Positions 24,109 to 37,762 of a stretch of DNA of 64,000 bases are shown here, piece after piece. Below the pieces are notes generated by a model, which had not been told where the DNA came from, searched no databases, and saw nothing but the letters and a program-made list of their open reading frames with translations. Origin of the DNA: Antedon mediterranea (taxonomy: Eukaryota; Animalia; Echinodermata). Within the stretch, counting starts at the first letter, position 1. Each line of letters opens with the position of its first letter. The stretch lies in NCBI RefSeq assembly GCF_964355755.1, contig NC_092672.1:23387237-23451236 (forward strand). Direction: 5' to 3'. A program made the translations under genes and the position numbers.

Positions 24109-27079
24109 TATGCATTTCTTCAATAGTCGCAAATGGTAACTGGCTGGCCTCTTAATTTATTTCAAAATGTACCCAACTTTGTCAATAAATGATCCAATAT
24201 TGTGAAATAAGTAAATTATATTCTAATTTTAGCTATTAATTATGTGAAAATCATTCAATTTGAGGCCTCTAATATTAATCTCATATTAGTAAACATGTCC
24301 TGATCAATTTTAAATTTCAGTGCTAAATAAACTTGTCTCCTAAAAACTTAGTTTTCTTCATCTTTCTGAGATAAAACATTGTTTGAATGCCTTTCTGATG
24401 AATTTGACAGTAAAACAAAGGTTATTTCATTGCAAACCATTGTTTATATCACCATAGTTAATACAGTTTTAAAGAAAACTGAATAGGCCAAATTTGTTTC
24501 ATGTCCAGGATTTGAATTTTTTATTTTTTATTTGAGAAATGTACAAAATATGTGAAAGATGGTGTTACAGTTCAGTTGTGTTTACATACCTTAGAGTGTG
24601 TAATAAATGCTTCATTTTTATTTTTTTTATTACTATTAAAAGATACAATGTAGCTAATAAATTAGAAAGTCTTCCATCTACAAAATTTGATTATAAAGGA
24701 AATATGAAACTAATTAACATTTTTTTAAATTTATTTTATCTTTCATATGTTATTAATCTATGATTTATATATACTACAGCTTGTGTATCTGACAGTGTTC
24801 TTTCTTCTTTATTTTAAATAAAAAAACGTCAGTTTGGAGCAATGTTAAATGATCAAAGCTAAACATAATTGTCAAAAATAATAATTATAATACAGTTAAC
24901 CTTTCCACCTATGTACTGTAATTATTATTTACAAACTTTCTTATTTACAAATGCTGGTAAAATCATCACTAAGTTTGTTTACACTTGATATACTTACTTT
25001 CTGCAATGTAAATTATAATATTTAAAGTACTATGTTATTTCAAAATTACATGGAACAATAAAGTTATTGATTAATCATTAATACTCCTCACACTTTTTAA
25101 AATTTTATTAATCAAATACTGTACTTTAATAATATTGATAATGTGCCAAATTGTTAAGTTAAATTGAGATTTGCTATTGTCTTAAAAACAAAAAACCAAT
25201 ATATTCTATAGGCTAAATCTTATATAATTTATTTTAAATTGTATTTTTAAGTGTATATGGTCATTATTACAGTTATGATCATACTTCGGTTGAAAATAAT
25301 TTCCATTAAACAATTCTATAAGAGAAGGAGCACAATACATGCAATGGCTTTCTTTAACTTACCAGTATTTTCAGTTAATTCATTGCAATTATTATACTAC
25401 TATATAATTTGAATTCAAGCAAATTATTTAGTTAGACAGGAGTAATAATGTAATACAATCACGCTGCTAGAAACAATGGTCAATCCAATTAATTGTGGTC
25501 CCAATATGTCCCTCATAAAGAATGATAAAATAATAATAATAATGGATAAATAAATCACAAATAACTTTAAAATCATAGCACATGGGCGGTACTCACCAAT
25601 TTTCATATTTGTTGCTCAAAAACCAAAATGTAAAACCGCTAATGCTAGAGAATTTATTTACAGAATTATGGCTAAATCAGCATTGCATTAAACTATCACA
25701 TGGAAGTTTTCAAATATTATATACTATGGCCCTGTTTCTGCTGCCAAGAATGTACACACTGTATATGGTATATTTTATATGGTATTTTTTGTGGCAGCAG
25801 AAATGGGTCTCATAAAAAATATACTGTATAAACATGGAGCTATAAAATTAGTTTTTATAGCTCCATGGTATAAATATACCGCATATTTATCTTGATCATT
25901 ATCGATATCGTTAACTCTGATATTTTATCATATATTTCTTGCACCTTTCTGCTGCCTTATGAATATACCATCTATATTGTTCACCCATAACACAAAATAT
26001 ATTGATACTATTACTACTTACCACTTGCAGAATTGCAATATTGCTGTACAGGTATGCTGTTGGCCTGCTAATTGTGGTCGTGTCTTTTCATTTCTTAAAG
26101 TTAAAATCACTGGATTATCCTTATTAAATCTACCCTCTCCTGCTAGGGTTATTAACGCCACTGGCGAGGCGTAACAGCTTCCTAACGCTAATCTGCAGCT
26201 TAGTTCACATACAAAAATATGTACACTGCTTAACATAACGCCACCGTCAGTCTGAACATACCCTAAGACACTGAACAGTACTATGTTTAAAAATAAAAGT
26301 GATTAATCAAAAACTCCAGCTCCTCCACATAAAACTCCTAGAAAGTAGGAAGCCTTTGTCCTCTTCCCTGACTGACTGAGCAGATATACCTATGATCTCT
26401 CTATTAATAATTTATATTGTAGGCTAAACCTTATTATGTAAACAGAAATATCAATGAAAATTCTTCTTCACTAAAAAGTTTTTAAAAGATATGCTACATT
26501 ATTAGCAATTCACACCTAAATCCAGCCCTCAGTCTTAACCCTTTTCCAACATGCAATTCGTTTTTTAAGGATATTCACTACATTATTAGCAAATTACCCC
26601 CTAAATCCACCCTTTTCCAACATGGCTGTTGAAAAAGTGTGTCATCCAATGGAATAGTTTTATTGCCAGCATTGTATGTCTGTGGATTTTCCATCTGAAT
26701 TGACATAGCAGCAATCAATCATTTAATTAAGAAACCTTTGATATCAACAAACGTATAAGCCACTTTCGAAGTTACCTACTTCTATTCTAGTTGTAGTTAA
26801 ATTGTTTCTACTGAATAATAATTTAAACGAAACACAATCGGCCTATAAAATTAGAAGTTAAAACAAAACTAGAGGTGCCATTTATTATGAATTTCATGTG
26901 CGAAAGCATTTCCGGCCATCTAGAGGTGTCATTTAACAAAATTTGCTTTAAATCCCGCTCCCTTTTCAGATCCTGGTTAAGGCCCTGGACATTTGGGCAA
27001 TCCCCTTAAGATAGTCCTGCTACCGCCCCTGTAAATAATTCTAAGCATGTGAAACAAAATACTGATTATTGATTATTTG

Positions 27080-27655
27080 AAAGTGGATAATTTAAACACA
27101 TAAAATATGTTGGTATCACATGGATGACACACACACACACACAGAGTGATATCACTTTGTTAGTTTTTTCTGTCTTGTGCTGCTATTTGGTATTCTAGCT
27201 TTAAAGTTAAAAAAAAAAATAAGATAAAATGAGTTGAATATTTATTATTGAAATGAGTATTTATTATTCAATTACATAATAAAAAATTAGTTTTGATAGC
27301 TGAATTCAATTAGCTTGGTGTTTATGAACATCTATTACTACATTAATACATAACTTGCTTGCTCATCTTGATTGTGCTAAATACTTATGCTAGGGTTTTA
27401 TTTCTAGATTTTTCGTCCTCTTTTAATACTATACAATCAAATAATATTTTAATGAAATCAGTAAAACAGCTTATAGAATAATAGGAACTAAAGAGAACAC
27501 TAAAGATATTGTTAAAAGTGCCATAAGTAAAAAGTAATTATGTCGGATGAGTATCACCCTTCCTCATCATTACCTTGTCTTTAGTACCAAGATGGAAAAC
27601 CCAATAGGATGAGAAACTCGTTTCTCCCTACTGCAATGAGTCAATTCAATGAAAC
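27080..27655 (+). mobile_element. Decayed L2/Rex-like LINE 3' portion
   Basis: 'KHIKYVGIT', 'SDEYHP' and 'RMRNSFLPTAMSQFN' match the C-terminal KYLG / DxxHP / RxxNSFxPxA motifs. Confidence 0.55.
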
Positions 27656-30168
27656 TTGGAAACATTGATCATTTTATGCTATACCCTTACACACACCAAT
27701 CTTGCTTGTATTTTGTATTTTAAACGATTTATTTTATCTGTATTTTACCAAATTTTAACATTTTTTAACTCATTTTTATATCTTTATGTGAATTTTTAAC
27801 TTGAACAAACAAAAATAATGTACATATTTTTCTGTGTTTGACCATGAATAAATGAATACTAGGCCGGTATTTTGTTTTAAATAGTAAAGAGCAATGATAT
27901 TAAAGGATGTAATATACACCCATTTTAGACCCATTTTTAGTTTTCCATAATACATTACAAGGGCCTATACATTTTATATTACACAGTGCCTCACTCATCA
28001 TTTATTTTACTTTTTAAAATTTCTTTTTTTGTTCGCACTTTCAGTACCAGTGTACTGTTCAACAAAAACCAATGTACTTGACAGTGATTATTTTGCTTTT
28101 TATTAAAAAGAAAGAAATTAACAAACACAAATAAAAAATAAAACTTGGTCTACTAAAATCCGTGAATAAGTGCATATATATTAAAAGCTTTGGTTGCAGT
28201 GCAAGTTAGTTGACCAATAACCAGTAATTTGTTTAGTTTTGAGTAGGTGTACTGTAATAATATCATAGGCTATAAAACATGTACATTAACATTTATATCC
28301 TGATGAATTTCAACATTTCTTAAAAGCTAAATGGAACTTAGTCTACAACCTAGTTTTCCTGATAATATCTATCTGAGATCAAACTTTTTACACTTATTGA
28401 TAGATTTGTTTGATAATAAAACAAAGGGATTGTCATTGGCAACCCTTATCACCATGGTTAGGAAAAGACTGAATAACACAAATTGTTAAAGACTGTTCGT
28501 TTCATGTCCAGGATTTGAATTATTTATTTGTTATGCGGGGTAATTACTATTAGTCAATCAATGAATTCTACTACAAATAGAAATATGTTGTAAATGCAAT
28601 ATTGTGGGCATGCAATGCATGTGGTGGGGCGTTTACTTAAGGAAATAGTCCAAATGATGTTCTATAGGGACGTAATATTCGTGGGGGATTATTCAAAAGA
28701 GGGTGTTTAATCAAATTGTCATCCATGCACCCTACCAGGTCCCCATCTCTGAAACCTATCAGCACCACAACCACACAGGTTCAGTACATTTTCTAGTAAA
28801 AAGATCCCCACCTTCATTAACAACCCAGCAAATGGGCATTTGATATGGAAACACAATCTAAAATGTTTGTCACCGAAGTTGAGCTTGAGTGACAGTCGAT
28901 ACTGAAACACACATGGAATTTGATTTAGTGATTTGAATAAAATAAATTTAATTAATTTCAAACAATGACAATTTATTTAATTTATTTAAAAATTGATATT
29001 AAAATATAAAGCATTTTGTTCATTTAATCTGGGGATGGTAATGGGGTAAAAAATAAATAATAATTTAAGTATAAGCTAGTAAAATAGTTTGTATAGCAGA
29101 ATTGCTATGGAAGTTTACTCAATAATATAGTTCTGCTGTTACCACTATTACATTCTTGAATGATTAATTAACACCAAACATGTTGAGTGCTTTCTGCCTT
29201 TTTAGCTTATATACATTTTGCCATTTTGGTTCTTAATATCAGGTGAATAGTGGTAAAGTTGGCACCACCTGCAGTTGATTGAAAGTATCAGTTAAATGTT
29301 CTTGATTTTAATTTCGAGGACCTATAATCATTGATACAACCGAAGTATCATAACCCTTATCTATCTTATCTAGTTTGTTAACTCTTCTCAAAATGAATTC
29401 ACAAGGTTCTTCTAGATAGTGTAGTGTTTTTTCGTTTGTTTTTTTGATCACTTGCCTAATTTCAGGTCTTGAAATTTAAAAATGAATATTTGGTTGAAAT
29501 AAATGAAAAAATGATGAAAATGAGAGCCTCTGTTTAGGCTGTACACTTTTATGTTTCAAACAGTATAGTTGTAAAACAAAATGTTAATGATAATGGTTTA
29601 TTACATTTTATAGACTTGTTATTATGGCTACGTATGGCTGTGTATTAATTATATAAACAGTTTAATTTTCTATTAATACCAAACATGTTGGATAATCATT
29701 TGACTAATATCAAAATAAGTTTATTGTTTAATAATATTTTGCTTTTATAAATAATCATAGTTATATCTAAATAAAATACCAAAAAGTAATTAATTTATTA
29801 TTTAAAGTATTTATTATTCCAATACACAACAAATTAGTTTTGCTTATTATTACTCTGAATCTTTTTAGTTTCTTTGTAATAATAGTTAATTCTTGTTTAT
29901 ATTGTTTTAAAAGTATTTGTACTAAAAAAATATTAGTTTAATAAGTAGTATTTTTAATGATTTCAGTAGGCTGTGAATCATTTTAGTTGTATGCCTAATT
30001 ACTGTAATTATACCATAAATTGTCAATATTATCTTATAGTTTAAAAAGTATAAACTAAAATATAATAAATTAAGACTCTTTGTACACATGTTGTACATCA
30101 TTGCTTTTTTTGTTGTTGTACATCATTGCTTTTTTATACCGTTGCCACCGCATTTTCGGTCTTTCATT

Positions 30169-30499
30169 GAGTGAGTGGCCGAGCGGTTAAGACAGTGGAA
30201 CCGTAATTACGTAGCCATAACATCGGCAGGGGTTCGAGGCTCACTCACTCCATGGTTCTGGTGGTAGAACGAGTCTTCTCGGATAAGGACTATAAACCGT
30301 AGGTCCAGTGTACACATCTAGCTCGTGTGCACTTTAAAGAACCTAGTACATCTTTCGAGACGAGTAGGCCGGGGGGGGGGGGGGTTACCCCGGTGTATTA
30401 GTACATCACAGCCACTGATCACCAACTGGGCCCTCTGGGAGACCAGTCTTTGACTGAAGAGGTTACCCAGTATAAATATAAATTTCAATTCAATTAAAA
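30169..30499 (+). mobile_element. tRNA-derived SINE with Deu/Nin-like central domain
   Basis: A box tggccgagcgg, B box ggttcgaggc; core 'tctcggataaggactataaaccgtaggtcc...taaagaacc...ttcgagacgagtagg...ccccggtgt'; TSD gtcttt (30159-30164, 30500-30505); absent at paralogous ~46318. Confidence 0.88.
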
Positions 30500-31578
30500 G
30501 TCTTTGCAATACCCATGTTTATACTGTTATATACATTAATATCTTTCCTTTTTTAATAGTGCCATCTATGTTTTGATATTTTCCAAAAATGTTATAGTGC
30601 ACGCTATTAGTGTGGACATAACTATCATAAAACCTCTCAATATTTCATTTGTTCAAGTTGAGATGTCATACACTTTAATTCATCGTTCACATCAGCAGTT
30701 GATTGAATGTAATGTTTAAATATTATCTACTCAACAAATATGTTCCATTTGTATAATGTACAGTACAGTAAGCATTAGCAAACCTTTACATTATTTTTTC
30801 TTTTTGCGCATTTAAATACCCTATAAAGTATGAATACACATGTGGTTGATAACCACAATAAAATAAAATATAGATAAATTGGCCAGACAAATTGGTACGC
30901 ATACTGGCCCACATCTTTCAGTTTCACTACATTATACTGGTACTGCCAGTAACTGCTGCTGCTAATAACTTTATCAATTCCAATAATTCAGACAACAATG
31001 AATACAAATAAAAAACAACAAAAAACAACTTTTTACCATAAAAAAGACTTTCTGAGATAACAGTTTTAATTATTGTTCTTTCTTCATTAAATGATATTTT
31101 TTAAATTGATATTCTATTTAATAATTTAAGAACTAAAGATTTATTATCAATTATTTTTGTTTAAAAATCAGTAGTAAACATTTTGTGTAATATAAATATA
31201 GTTTGAATTACTAGACTATAGTACTATGCATATTCTGAGTGGCATTACTCACTAAGGTTGGAGTGACCCACTCATACCCATACATTCTAGTGAACAAAAA
31301 AATGTATAATTTTTCATGAGCCTTCGTTGTACAGCAGCAGCCGACAAACGTACTTGCTAATCAAAATATTCATTATCTATATACCCCATTCGCCAAAAAT
31401 ATTTACCATAGAGGAAGGATTGTTTTGACCATTAATTATTCAATGATATATCTGACGGTAATTATACTTAGCCCCTATGTTGACAGCCAAAACATTGTTT
31501 ATTGAACATAGGTCAAACTAATGTCTGTATACATCTCATAGACTCTCTGTGCGCATGCCCAGTTTGAATTTAAAAATT

Positions 31579-31780
31579 CCCATTTAGACTCTTTTCTCAG
31601 ACGTGCTTTGAGGTGTGCTCATGTCCAGTTTGTGTTTCTAAATACCCATTTAGACTCTTTTCCCAGACGTGCTTTGAGGTGTGCTCATGTCCAGTTTGTG
31701 TTTGTAAACACCCATTTAGACTCTTTTCCCAGAAGTGCTTTGAGGTGTGCTCATGTCCAGTTTGTGTTTCTAAATACCCA
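31579..31780 (+). repeat. 66-bp tandem repeat x3 (single copy in paralog 47401-47470)
   Basis: cccatttagactcttttcccagacgtgctttgaggtgtgctcatgtccagtttgtgtttctaaata units at 31579, 31645, 31711. Confidence 0.92.
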
Positions 31781-32787
31781 TTGTTTCAGCCTTAATAAAC
31801 TATTATAAGCCTGCATTGTAAATGTTTCCTAATGCTTCCATTCTCTTGAATGTAACTGCCTACAAAAAAAAATTGTTGTGTACTTTTTGAAAATTTACTT
31901 TTTCATTCATTTTATTTACTGAAATATAAAACATTTCAATAGAATAAGCAATGATTGTGGAACAAACAACACTTTATTTGTTTATTGGTATACTCAGTGA
32001 GCATGGTCTACTAGGAAAGTTGTATGTAGCCTCAGTGAATATTATTCACATCCTATACACAATGTATATCATTCCACTGTTTGTCTTAAATGTTCATCAA
32101 ACTAATATATTAATATTTATTAGCTTGTTATAAAATCATTAGTTATAGGATTTATAGTATAGATAATTTTTAGTTGCATTGAATCTTTTTCAAATGTTGG
32201 TATGTAAACATGTGAATAAATAATGTTTTTTTGTTTGTTATAATTACTGTTATTTCCAGTGAATTTTTTTTATATCTTTGAATTAAAAAGAATAACATTT
32301 TATATGAATTTAAATTTTATTGGCATTTTGAACAAGTCAGTTCAATAAGTATATTACACAAATAATAAAAATATAAAATTGGTCATGGTATTTCTAAAAA
32401 CTGTCCATTTGATCTTATCTTGACTTTCAAAAATGAGAACAAATATACGTTATGTGGTTCAAAAAGGTGTCTACAATTAAATTGTCCATCTTGTATTATC
32501 AGATTAAACTCAAGATTAACATTGTTACAATCAATATTTAGACTAATATGCTACACTTGCAAGAACTTGTACTAGCTAAACTCCACAACCACACCATAGA
32601 GCAATGAACTATTTCTTTGCTCTATCATCACATAAAGGATATATTAACATAATGAAGTTAGTTAAACATGCCCCTGAAAGTAAAAGTTTGTATGCCAAAC
32701 CTTCAATAATTTAATATTTAAACAAATTTATATAAATAAAACTAAAATGTGATTGATAATTTTTATTGTATGTATTTCATATTATAG

Positions 32788-32886
32788 CATGGTTGGACAG
32801 CTTTGCATTCAGCAGCAGCTCATGGACACACAGCCTGCTGCAGCCTGCTGTTGAATGCAGGAGCAGGTATCAATCTATCAAACAAA
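32788..32886 (+). CDS. Ankyrin-repeat exon B1 (99 nt, phase 0/0): HGWTALHSAAAHGHTACCSLLLNAGAGINLSNK
   Basis: tttcatattatag| ... |gtaagt; open 33 codons, ankyrin consensus. Confidence 0.92.
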
Positions 32887-35800
32887 GTAAGTCATCTTCA
32901 TTAATATTCATTGTCATTTTTAAATATATAACATTTTATATTTTAAACATAATGATGTTTTGGGTAATAATATTTAATGTATAAAACTCCATTGATGCTG
33001 AAATTGGCATAATTTGAAGATCACTATATTTTTTTCTCTGATATTTAGTCATGAAAATTGCTATGACACTACATTAACATTTTGTCATGTATTTCCATTG
33101 AACAATTAAAACAATGAAAATGATAGTGCCAATTTTAAACTACACCAACATGCTATGCATAATTGAAATATATCATCCTTATTACAAAGTGTTGATATAC
33201 AGTAATTTAAACAGTATTATGAACACTACAATTTTTAAAAATTCTAATTTTTCTTTAGATCAATTTTGTATATCTTAAAAGTTCATTTTTTAACAATATT
33301 TTTTAATAACTTTTGAAACACTATGATTCTACCTGTATATCACATAGAGGTACAAATGATCAAAGATGCTAGTTGATAGACATATAGACTGTATTCATTT
33401 ACTTTATAATTATCATCATACTCATTTGCCATACTCTCCTTTATTCCTTTCAACAACATCACCACCAACTCCAACCACCTACTGGTTTTAGTCACCAAGG
33501 ATGATGATGCAGAATTTGGTTGAGCGCTAAAGTGATCTTTTATTACACACCCACATTATAGTTCTTTTTTATTAGGTTGTAATTAATTATTTTTTCCATA
33601 CAATATAAGATACAGATAGTATATCTGCCACTTATCTTTTATCTATCTTTATTTATTTATTCTTTCTTTATACTCAGAATTACTTTTTTAAAGTGACACA
33701 TCTAAAAACAACAATAAAACTGAAATAGTGGTACAAATATAATTTGTTTATTTACCGTACCTAGGTTTTAACAAATCACCTTACATAATAATTACAGTAT
33801 CAAACCACCATTACAATGTCATACAAAATTTGTAAAAATAAACAAATCATCATTAGCATAACTAGGTGCAATATTTTTAGTCTATTGAAAATAATGTTTC
33901 TTTTTTAAACATTTATTTAAATATACATACACGTCACATAGTAAATTATAGTTAACAAAAAATAGTGACATTGTTTAACACTAAATAACTAAGAAACACA
34001 AGAAACCAGCTGAACTAGACTTAAATGTTCATACAAGCATGTAACAAGTTCAGAGTGTATCCAACATTTAACATTATGAAATATTTTAGACCACTGACAA
34101 TGATGATCACCAGTGCTTTGCAAAGTCTGCAGTTTCTGTAATTATTCATTCATATTTATCTCCATCATCCAACATTATCAAACAAAACTGTTTTGAGGAT
34201 AAGCATAGCTATATGTAAGGTTCAACTTTAATAATTTTAAAAAGTTTTACACACAACACAAATAAGTAAAGCTTTCCCAGTTTATTCAAAGTATACATTT
34301 AACAATACATAATATTTATTTCTACTGATACTGTACAAGCAATGCTAAATACTACTAAAGCTTAATAATAAACTACATTTGGCCTCTTGGGGGCTACCAC
34401 TCATATGACATCGCTGTATTAAAGGTCCAGTGTGTTGTCACAGGAGCCAGTAAATCAAATTGTTGTTATTAAGTATATCGGAAGGATGTAAGTGACATCC
34501 GTTAGGTAAATTGTGGAATTTGGGGGCAAAATAATTCCCCAGAATTATACCAGCCAAATGAGCGAATAGCATGAGTAACATATGAGTTAGCGCCTGTGTT
34601 GAAGTTAGGTGTTGGATGATGCCGGGGGATGGCTGGGTGGGAAGATTGAAAAGTTTGTACAACTATTAAATGGTTAATTTAACAATGAAGTGTGCTATTA
34701 TGCATCTTAGTAAACAACTAAAATACTCTGAATTCCCATTGGTTGCCAATTAGAAATGTGCCTATCCTACATTTTGTGGTTCCACTATTAGATACCCGTT
34801 GGAATATAGAAATACATTGTCAATTACTGTGGTTGGAACTTTAATTACCTGTAGAAACAATATACCATTCATCATAAAACTTCTGTAACTCTGAAATCTA
34901 CCCACGTTATATACCACATCCTTAGTTAAAAAGAAAGTACTTGTGCTCTGTATAAACTATAATTTATTACTTTAAATTTCCTTTAACATTTTCTAACATT
35001 AATGTTAAAAGATTACTTTTAAAAGAACTTATATAGACAAATTTCAAATTTCAGTACAAGCTATTTAACTATTTAAAAAATAAATATGCCAAGTTATATT
35101 TTAATCAATGGATGTAAATGACTTTGCATTATATAAATGTATTACAATTGTTTATAAACTCTTCATTTTTGTAGCACAAATAATATTGACTTTGATTTAT
35201 CCTTGTTTCAGTTGGATGGTCCTACCTTTTCAATAGAATTACATTCATTTTCACAGAGTAAATTAAAATTTATCTCCTTTAAAATTAAATTCAATAAACT
35301 TTATCCCATAACAATTTTCCTATGAATAAATAGATGGAATTATTCTTAGTTTATTGATTTGATTCAAACCAATTTCATACACATTTACACATCCAGAAAT
35401 ATTCTGTTCATTTTACTACTATTATACAATTCATTTATTAGCTTTGTTATGGGTTTAACAAGCTAAATTCTGTAAATAGTCAAAGGCAAAAAATGTCTTA
35501 ATAGGCAAACAATTTCTATTAATCATACATCCTAATAATCTATCCATAATTGTTTCATAATATCACATACTAATTTTGATTGTTATTGTGCTACAATAAA
35601 GTTCAAATTACACAGTAAAATCTCTATTCTTTTGTACATAAATGATAGAGAGGCACTTTAAACAAAATTGGAAAATAAACGGTGTTGTAAAGAATATTAT
35701 CAGATGACTATAATATAGATAATATAACGTTACGTTTCTGGTGTTTTTATGGTCAAATTTTTATTTTTGTTTTATTGTTTATTGTGGCTAGAACTACACT

Positions 35801-36129
35801 GTTTCCTTCGCTAGGCTGATCCTAATGCTAATCCTAATGCTACTACTGTTCACATGATTATCATGGAACGATATGTCCCCCACCTTCAAATGAATAACCT
35901 TATTTTTTCTCATAAAACCAAATAAAGAAAGCACTAGATCAAGCATTTAATAAAAATGTTATACCTGCATTTTCTTACGCACAACGCCTTTGCACCTACG
36001 CTTAGCACCTTCCAATATCATGTGCAATTACACTTGCGTTATTGTCTTCTTCTTCTAGACTGCAATCATGTTCCCATTTAATACTGAAATATGGAGATTC
36101 AATCCTGGAATAGCACCATTCACCATCAC

Positions 36130-37200
36130 AACCAAATACGACTTAGCATTTGTTCAACATTATCGACTCCATAACTCAATTAACCATTTAGTAGGTAGCC
36201 TAACCAATACGGTTCCTGCCACAATCATCCAGTTTATGGGCGCTTGGTCTGTGGCTGTAGCCATTCAGTTTTCCTTAGTCATTTGACTTAACCATTCCCA
36301 ATTGGCAATTGGTAAGCGTCTATACGCAAACAACACTGAGCTACTAAACCGAGGAATCTTAAAATTATCAAAAGTGAGTGGACCCCAAATGGCATTCCAA
36401 ATAATAGAAAAAATCTTATTCATAAAAATCTATCTCCCTGCTGAGCAGATCAGCCTCCCAATTGCGCTCTCTATACACCCATTGGACGTCTCTGAATAAA
36501 TTTTTTCGCAAAGCTCTAAAGCCAACTGATTCAAGTCTTCATGCATGCTACCTTTCCTACAAATTAAAACAACACCTCTGTTATCTGTAAATATTTTAAT
36601 TTGTTTCTCTTTTAAGTTAGGAGCAAATGCTTGCAATGCCAATAACACACCTTTCAGTTCTCTCCACGTACAGCTTCTGACTGACTAATGCTGATTCCAG
36701 CCGAGACAAACTGCAAACGGTCATAGACCTCGCTCCACAATTCACTCCACTAGCGTCAGTAAATGTAATTGAATAATCAAAAAAATATTTTGCTTCCAGA
36801 AAAATATCTCCTCAATAACTAGACCCCCACTCGCTGTAGTAATAAAATGCCACAACTTGAGAAAGGGAAATTATCTTCCCCACTAGCCTCACTAAATCTC
36901 TGGACCTATATAGTGAGGGAAACCCTGATTGACCTCTAATAAACCCAATCCAGCCATAGCCAGGTTACAACCGGACTTAGATCCTATATTGATTTTTTGA
37001 CGTTTTAACAATGTTAGAGACTTTAGTACATGCGGCATGGGAACCTCTCTTACCAACCATCGTCCAAAAATACTAGGATCCAATACATCACTAATAGGTG
37101 AAGAACCTTTATAAAATCCTTGAATACGATAAATGGTTGAATCAAGACTATTCCACTTATATTTGGGGTAAAACATTATTTTTTTGTTTAAAATAATTGC
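36130..37200 (-). mobile_element. Degenerate DIRS-type (tyrosine-recombinase retrotransposon) pol: RT, RNase H and methyltransferase-like domains
   Basis: Minus-strand motifs VFLDDGW (~37060), RDLVRLVGKIISL, ITFTDASG, TWRELKGVLLALQAF...KIFTDN...RKGS, WGPLTFDNFKIPRFSS. Confidence 0.85.
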
Positions 37201-37762
37201 CAAACTCTGCAATCCTCCAAAAACATAGTAAACCTCATTTAACCAACATAAAAGTGATTGAATCAGTAGTGCAAACTCACTTGGTTTGTCAATTAAAAAA
37301 AAACAATTTAAATATATTTTTTTTTTAACTAATTATTTTGCCATAAAGCATTATTGTTTGGTTTAAAAAAATAATTGCCAAACCTTCACTCTTGGATTAA
37401 ACGGGACGTAATTACCAGCCCAAACAATGTTACAGTACTGTATAATTAAAACATTTTATTTTAATTTCTTTAGAATACTAATATATTTAGATATTTTATT
37501 TGATAAAAATTGTTGGCAGCCAATAATCCAATTAAAGACCAAGGAATGATACTTCACTTACTAATTTTCCATCGAAAAAAATATAACAATTGTTGTGTGT
37601 AAGTTTATATCTAATACAATTTGTTTAATAATAATTGGTTTGTAGTGAACCATTCACTAGCTTACTTAACTCTAAACTTAGTAAAAAGTTCAACAAGAAA
37701 TCAATATTGTTATTAAAATAAAATAAAGTTGTATTGTATCATCTGCATAAAAAAGGTTGTCT

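Larger units (their letters stand above)
28085..36565 (+). repeat. Segmental duplication unit B1 (paralog 44251-54622)
   Basis: Colinear near-identity from 'gtgattattttgctttttattaaaa' to 'cctttcctacaaatt'; twin ORFs 34438/52482 and 36068/54125. Confidence 0.93.

Noticed and set aside
25271-25345. Weak ankyrin-like words (YDHT..., EGAQ)
   Set aside because: Stops in frame, no donor site and no consistent 33-aa register.
26018-26150. Possible minus-strand exon ending at a gtaagt donor
   Set aside because: No recognisable domain, upstream part runs into a small TIR-like element, and no partner exons were found.
30169-30250. tRNA gene
   Set aside because: A/B boxes are present, but it continues into a SINE body with TSD and an empty paralogous site.
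31608-31808. Repetitive Cys-rich ORFs
   Set aside because: By-product of a 66-bp (22-codon) tandem repeat that is single-copy in the paralog.
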